Assembly: GCA_963784355.1 (NCBI GenBank)
Contig: CAWAQU010000003.1
Coordinates: 64,001-128,000 of the forward strand
DNA from: an uncultured bacterium
GTDB lineage: Bacteria > Patescibacteriota > JACMRA01
Direction: 5' to 3'
DNA length: 64,000 bases
The position numbers and the translations under genes are program-made. The notes beneath the pieces are model-generated. The model was not told where the DNA came from. It saw only the letters and a program-made list of their open reading frames with translations, and ran no database searches. Numbering within the stretch: position 1 is the first letter of the stretch; each line of letters opens with the position of its first letter. Below are positions 59,351 through 64,000 of the stretch, piece by piece.

Positions 59351-59959
59351 CTACTTTTCATTTCTAAAATCATATACATACATGTGTTTTTGCAGGAAAC
59401 CTTTAATGGCAATTTTTTCGGTCGGTTCAACCCCTTCAATACTAAAAGTCAGTGTGATTATAAGGCTTCCCTTAAATTTGCCCATGTTATACATTTTAGT
59501 GATCATGTTATTTAATAAGTAGCAATATATAACACTATTTTTAGGATAATCATATTTGTATATATCCCGGCACACAAAATTTATTTTGGTTTTTCTAAAC
59601 AGTTGCTTAACTCTACTGAGCAAATGTACTGATAATTCACCTTCAATCGCAATAGCTTCTTTCCATTCAAATTTACTAGCTAAAAAGTTAGTTACATTAG
59701 CCATACCAGCGCCCGGTTCAACTAAAGAATAACTCTTGGTTTCTCCACCTACATACCTATTTACAATGTCAATAAGAGCATCCGCCACAGGACCAATAAA
59801 AGTCGGTACATATCCCACATTGTCTTTCAAATTTGAATAAATCATGTACTTGAGTAAAAAAGCTGTGAAAATAAGCAAAAGTACGGATATGAGTAAAATG
59901 AAAAGGCTATAAAGCAAATTTAAATTTAATACAGGTAGATGCAGTATTGATGTAAACAT
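59351..59959 (-). CDS. Membrane-anchored SAM-dependent methyltransferase-like protein
   Basis: N-terminal TM; GYVPT, EPGAG, IYCYL and ITLTF motifs. Confidence 0.75.
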   Translation of the reverse strand: MFTSILHLPVLNLNLLYSLFILLISVLLLIFTAFLLKYMIYSNLKDNVGYVPTFIGPVADALIDIVNRYVGGETKSYSLVEPGAGMANVTNFLASKFEWKEAIAIEGELSVHLLSRVKQLFRKTKINFVCRDIYKYDYPKNSVIYCYLLNNMITKMYNMGKFKGSLIITLTFSIEGVEPTEKIAIKGFLQKHMYVYDFRNEK

Positions 59960-60023
59960 AAGCGGTCTATTGACAAAAGTATATAAGTGCTAATTCTATT
60001 GATATTAGTTTTTTGTCAAAATT

Positions 60024-62522
60024 ATGCTTTATTTACGTTCCTGGCTGCAAGATTATATCAATCTAAATGATTACTCAAATACTGAGTTAAAAGATATTAT
60101 CACCATGAAATCCGGTGAGGTGGATGAAGTCAAAGAAATTCATGATTATTTTGATGGAAAAGTCTTGATCGGTAAAATTGAAAACACTAGGAAACACCCA
60201 GATGCTGATAGGTTGAAGATTTTTGATGTAAATTTAGGTGATTCTCTTGAAAAAATTCAAATCGTGTCTGCTGCCCCAAACGTAGCTGACGGTTTAATAG
60301 TACCTGTAGCCACCATTAATACAAAATTGTCTATGGGCACTATTCTAGAGAGAAAAATGCGCGGTGAAATATCTCAAGGAATGTGTCTAGGGATGAGTGA
60401 ATTAATGTTGGAAACTCAATTTAGCAGTGGTTTATGGGAATTAAATAGCAAATTGGCAGAAAAAAATATCAACCCTGAAGAAGTACTAGGACAATCAATC
60501 TGTAAAATTTTACCTGAGTATTTTCCACAAGATACCATATATGATATAAAATATTTGGCTGACAAACAGGCTGCTTGTGGCAATCACTTAGGTCTAGCTT
60601 TAGAAATTGCAAAGTGTCTGGAACAACCAAATTTATTAACTCAAAAAGCACTGCAATTAATCGATCCGGCCTATATTGCCGAAAACTTGCTAACTCAAGT
60701 ACAAACCGCTGAAAATAGCGACTTAAAAATTACTGTGGAAGATAAAGCTGAGTTTAGCCGTAGTTTTTTTCTATTCGATCTAAAAGTTACTGAAGAATAC
60801 TCATTACCTCATGAGCTTCAAAAAAGAATGTTTTTAATAGAGAAGAATTTAATCGGTGGCCTAGCTGATCTCTCAAATTATCTCTTATATGATATAGGTC
60901 AACCGAGCCATTTTTATAGTAAAAATAAGGTATTAAGCCGAAATAGCGATTCTACTGAGATTCACTGGACCATAGAAAAATTGGATGCAGGTACCCCCTT
61001 TAAAGGACTTGGGCAACTTAAAAATACTACCATACCAGAAAACATAGCGGTTTTAACTCAAAATACACAAACACTAACTATACTTGGAGTTTCCGGTGGT
61101 GAAAGTACAAAAGTTGATAGTGAAGAAAAAGAAGTTTTGATTGAAGTGGCAAATTTTCCTGCTAGCGAAGTTGCTAAATCAAGTTTTGCATTAAATTACC
61201 GATCCGATGGAGCAAGAATTTGGGCTAGCGAAGTAAACCCGAGTTTACAATTTTTATTTGTGGCCAGGCTTATTGAGGTATTAAATTTTGAAAATTCTGA
61301 GTACAAAATTACCAATTTACTGAGCTATATAAATCCTAAATACATCAATCAATTCAAAATCACTCAAACTGAAAATTTACTCCAAAAGTCCAGTAAAATC
61401 ATGGATTACTATTTAAACAGATCATTAGCTGTAGATTTTACATACCTAGCTCAGAGAATTGATGATCAAGGACTACATAACTGGAAAGATAATTTAGAAA
61501 ATAAGCTAAATTTAATAGGTAATTACAGGGATAGACAATTTTTTAGTAACATTTTCTATGGCCGGATTGAGACTCAAGAAGATTTATTGGATCAGCTCGC
61601 TCCTTTAGTTGGCTTTGATAAACTAGAACCTGATTTTCTACATTTTTCCGCAGATATTAAACTAGATAAAAAATATGATAGGATCGGCAGACTGAAGGCT
61701 ATTTTACTGGATTACGGCTTTTATGAAACAATTACGAGACCTTTCGTAAAACAAAGTGATATTTTAGACAGCGGTGGTTCAGCTTTAAAACTATTAAATC
61801 CTTCAAATTCTAATGAGCCTTTTATTAGAGATAGTTTGTTTTCTAGTTTGATTGGTGCCGCCAAAGAAAATATTTTACTTGGAGAAAAAGAAATTAAACT
61901 TTTTGAACATACTAAGACCTATAAAGAAAACTCTCCAGAATTGGAAGAAAACATACTACTTGAAGGTATTTTTGTAGGAAAAGATCCTTACGCACTTACC
62001 TCAATGTTTAATGAAATCAGCAAAAAAACTAACACAGCCTACTTAGTTTCGGATTTAATAGAACCATATTTAAATTTGGGACAAGGGTTTACATACACCT
62101 TAAAAAATCTCATAAAAATCAGTTTAGTTCAGATCAATAATAAAGTTAAAAGAAATTACGAATTACCTTTGAGTAAAAATATATGGTACTTTTCTATAGA
62201 TTTAACCCAATGGCAGTCAGAAATTTCTCAGTATAAAATTTATAAAAACGAAAGTGAGTTTCCATTCATTCAGAGGAGTTATTCAGCAGTGGCAAGTAAA
62301 GATCTTAAATGGCAGGAGGTTCTTAGCTCTTCGGAGCAACTGATTATACCAGATGTGGAAATTGAATTTAAACCGATTGAGAGAATTACTCAAGACAATA
62401 ATGATGTGTTAAATTTTGATGTAAAATTCGTGAGCTACACTAGAAACTTGGAGATTGCTGAAATTGAAGCCTGGCAAGATAGTTTCTTCAAAATATTTGG
62501 AGATAAATTACAGTTGAAATAA
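60024..62522 (+). CDS. pheT: Phenylalanine--tRNA ligase beta subunit (divergent)
   Basis: SWLQDY, KHPDADRL, RGEISQGM, SNYLLYDIGQPSH, LLNP...IRDSLF and FPFIQR motifs. Confidence 0.93.
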   Translation: MLYLRSWLQDYINLNDYSNTELKDIITMKSGEVDEVKEIHDYFDGKVLIGKIENTRKHPDADRLKIFDVNLGDSLEKIQIVSAAPNVADGLIVPVATINTKLSMGTILERKMRGEISQGMCLGMSELMLETQFSSGLWELNSKLAEKNINPEEVLGQSICKILPEYFPQDTIYDIKYLADKQAACGNHLGLALEIAKCLEQPNLLTQKALQLIDPAYIAENLLTQVQTAENSDLKITVEDKAEFSRSFFLFDLKVTEEYSLPHELQKRMFLIEKNLIGGLADLSNYLLYDIGQPSHFYSKNKVLSRNSDSTEIHWTIEKLDAGTPFKGLGQLKNTTIPENIAVLTQNTQTLTILGVSGGESTKVDSEEKEVLIEVANFPASEVAKSSFALNYRSDGARIWASEVNPSLQFLFVARLIEVLNFENSEYKITNLLSYINPKYINQFKITQTENLLQKSSKIMDYYLNRSLAVDFTYLAQRIDDQGLHNWKDNLENKLNLIGNYRDRQFFSNIFYGRIETQEDLLDQLAPLVGFDKLEPDFLHFSADIKLDKKYDRIGRLKAILLDYGFYETITRPFVKQSDILDSGGSALKLLNPSNSNEPFIRDSLFSSLIGAAKENILLGEKEIKLFEHTKTYKENSPELEENILLEGIFVGKDPYALTSMFNEISKKTNTAYLVSDLIEPYLNLGQGFTYTLKNLIKISLVQINNKVKRNYELPLSKNIWYFSIDLTQWQSEISQYKIYKNESEFPFIQRSYSAVASKDLKWQEVLSSSEQLIIPDVEIEFKPIERITQDNNDVLNFDVKFVSYTRNLEIAEIEAWQDSFFKIFGDKLQLK

Positions 62523-62645
62523 CTACTCATTTTATATAGCATTCAAAACAAGCCCTCAATAAAACCCTGTAGTTTTAGGCTCTATTCGAATATTACTACT
62601 AAACAATTTTGACATTAGCTGCTTTCTGTGGCATAGAAATTGTAT

Positions 62646-63296
62646 ATGACCAAATTCAGACTCGAAGCAGTATCAGATGCTATTTTTGCTATAGTAATGA
62701 CCTTACTGGTTATTGAAATCAAAGTACCGGAACTCCATTCGGCTTTTACTGAAGACAAACTTTTAGAGGAGTTACAACATCTTACGCCACTCTTTCTCTC
62801 TTTTTTCCTTAGCTTTGCCGTACTTACCACTTATTGGATTTTCCACGGATTCTTGATTAGCTTACTAGCTAAAAATACGGATAGAAACTTGGCCTATCTA
62901 AATTTGCTATTTTTCTCTTTTATCAGTCTGATTCCGTTTTCTTCACACTTACTTGGTACCTACCCTGCCAGTAAAATATCTGTAGCTTTTTACAGTATAA
63001 ACATACTTATAATTTCTATTTTGATGTTTGTAATGCGGGAATATATTAAAACGTCTCGCACAATTGAAAATCCTGAGCTTTCATCACTTAACCTTACTAA
63101 AAAAGACAATTTGTATGGCAACGCCAGATTGCTGATTTCGATATTTTCTTCAATTTTCGCAGTCATTTTTAGTTTATTTAATATCAATATAGCTTACTTT
63201 TTCATTATAGCACCAATCGTTATCGGTTTAATACCTAATCTCTTGGCACTTATTATGAGAGTTACTAGACTTGATAAGTTGGCCGAAGAAGTCTAA
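62646..63296 (+). CDS. TMEM175/DUF1211 K+ channel family protein (second copy)
   Basis: RLEAVSDAIFAIVMTLLV and YWIFH motifs. Confidence 0.92.
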   Translation: MTKFRLEAVSDAIFAIVMTLLVIEIKVPELHSAFTEDKLLEELQHLTPLFLSFFLSFAVLTTYWIFHGFLISLLAKNTDRNLAYLNLLFFSFISLIPFSSHLLGTYPASKISVAFYSINILIISILMFVMREYIKTSRTIENPELSSLNLTKKDNLYGNARLLISIFSSIFAVIFSLFNINIAYFFIIAPIVIGLIPNLLALIMRVTRLDKLAEEV

Positions 63297-63358
63297 CTTG
63301 ACATAAATTGCTCTACTATATACAGTTACTTTACTTTTAAAAGTAATAAGTATTTACT

Positions 63359-63970
63359 ATGTCTTTTGATCAACTCGCATCTCAGGAAAGTCTTTAAAAA
63401 ACAATTGAAGCATTAAAATCACACAACATTCAGGCTCAATTTGTAGAAACCAGAGAAGAAGCAAAACAGCTACTTTTAAATCTAATTCCTAAAGGTAGCG
63501 AAGTTATGGATATGACATCAGTTACGCTTGATGAAATTGGAGCTACTAATGAAATTCAAAATTCTGGAGAATATACTGCCCTAAAACCAAAATTGATGCA
63601 AATGAATAGGGAGATTGATTCTAAAAGAATGCAAGAAATGGGTGCAGCCCCTGATTATGTAATTGGTAGTGTCCATGCTGTTACTGAACAAGGTGAAGTT
63701 ATAATAGCTTCTATGACCGGAAGCCAATTACCGGCATATGCTTTTGGAGCTAACAAAGTAATTTGGGTCATAGGTACTCAAAAGATTGTTTCCAATATGG
63801 AGCAAGGGATGAAAAGATTGTACGAATACACCTTACCGCTCGAGTCTGAAAGAGCAAAAATTGCATACGGCGTGCCAGGTAGTAGCGTAAATAAGATCTT
63901 AATCATAAATCAGGAAATTAATCCCGAAAGAATCAAGGTTATTTTTGTAAATGAGGCTCTAGGTTACTAA
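63359..63970 (+). pseudogene. LUD-domain (lactate utilisation-like) protein with an in-frame TAA at codon 13
   Basis: MSFDQLASQESL*KTIEALKSHNIQAQFV is in frame with ORF 63506..63970 (GSVHAVT, SMTGSQL, GTQKIV, LPLESER). Confidence 0.75.
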
Positions 63971-64000
63971 GCTCCAGGTATTAAATACTTTCTTCGAGCT

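Noticed and set aside
4873-63187. Numerous 60-143 aa antisense or nested ORFs in the track
   Set aside because: They lie inside well-supported genes and show no recognisable motifs; treated as shadow ORFs.
51636-63970. Stop-codon reassignment explaining the short lepA/valS and the in-frame TAAs
   Set aside because: TAA, TAG and TGA all end conserved genes normally, and the DNA after the lepA and valS stops encodes unrelated intact genes.

Overview
AT-rich, gene-dense chromosomal segment read in genetic code 11 (TGA is used as a stop). The gene content suggests a Patescibacteria/CPR-type reduced bacterium (inference). It holds translation genes (5' part of thrS, proS, valS, pheT, lepA, rsmH), tRNA-Arg(UCU), tRNA-Lys(CUU) and a stand-alone 5S rRNA. 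It also holds a ~22 kb surface-glycan cluster (galE, rfbABCD, GT-C/GT2/GT4, flippase), cell-surface genes (subtilase with 303-bp tandem repeats, WxL-like pair, amidase) and housekeeping genes. No CRISPR, prophage or transposase was seen. Main unannotated signal: four leaders with one shared design (sigma70 promoter, near-leaderless 14-18 aa uORF, G-rich antiterminator, intrinsic terminator). They lie upstream of thrS (six Thr codons), proS (Pro-Pro) and two amino-acid-releasing hydrolases, and look like ribosome-mediated attenuators. Translation proteins are also remodelled: ValRS carries Ham1/ITPase and ASCH insertions and lacks its anticodon-binding domain, LepA is cut after the G-domain, and ThrRS appears to carry a GNAT insertion.
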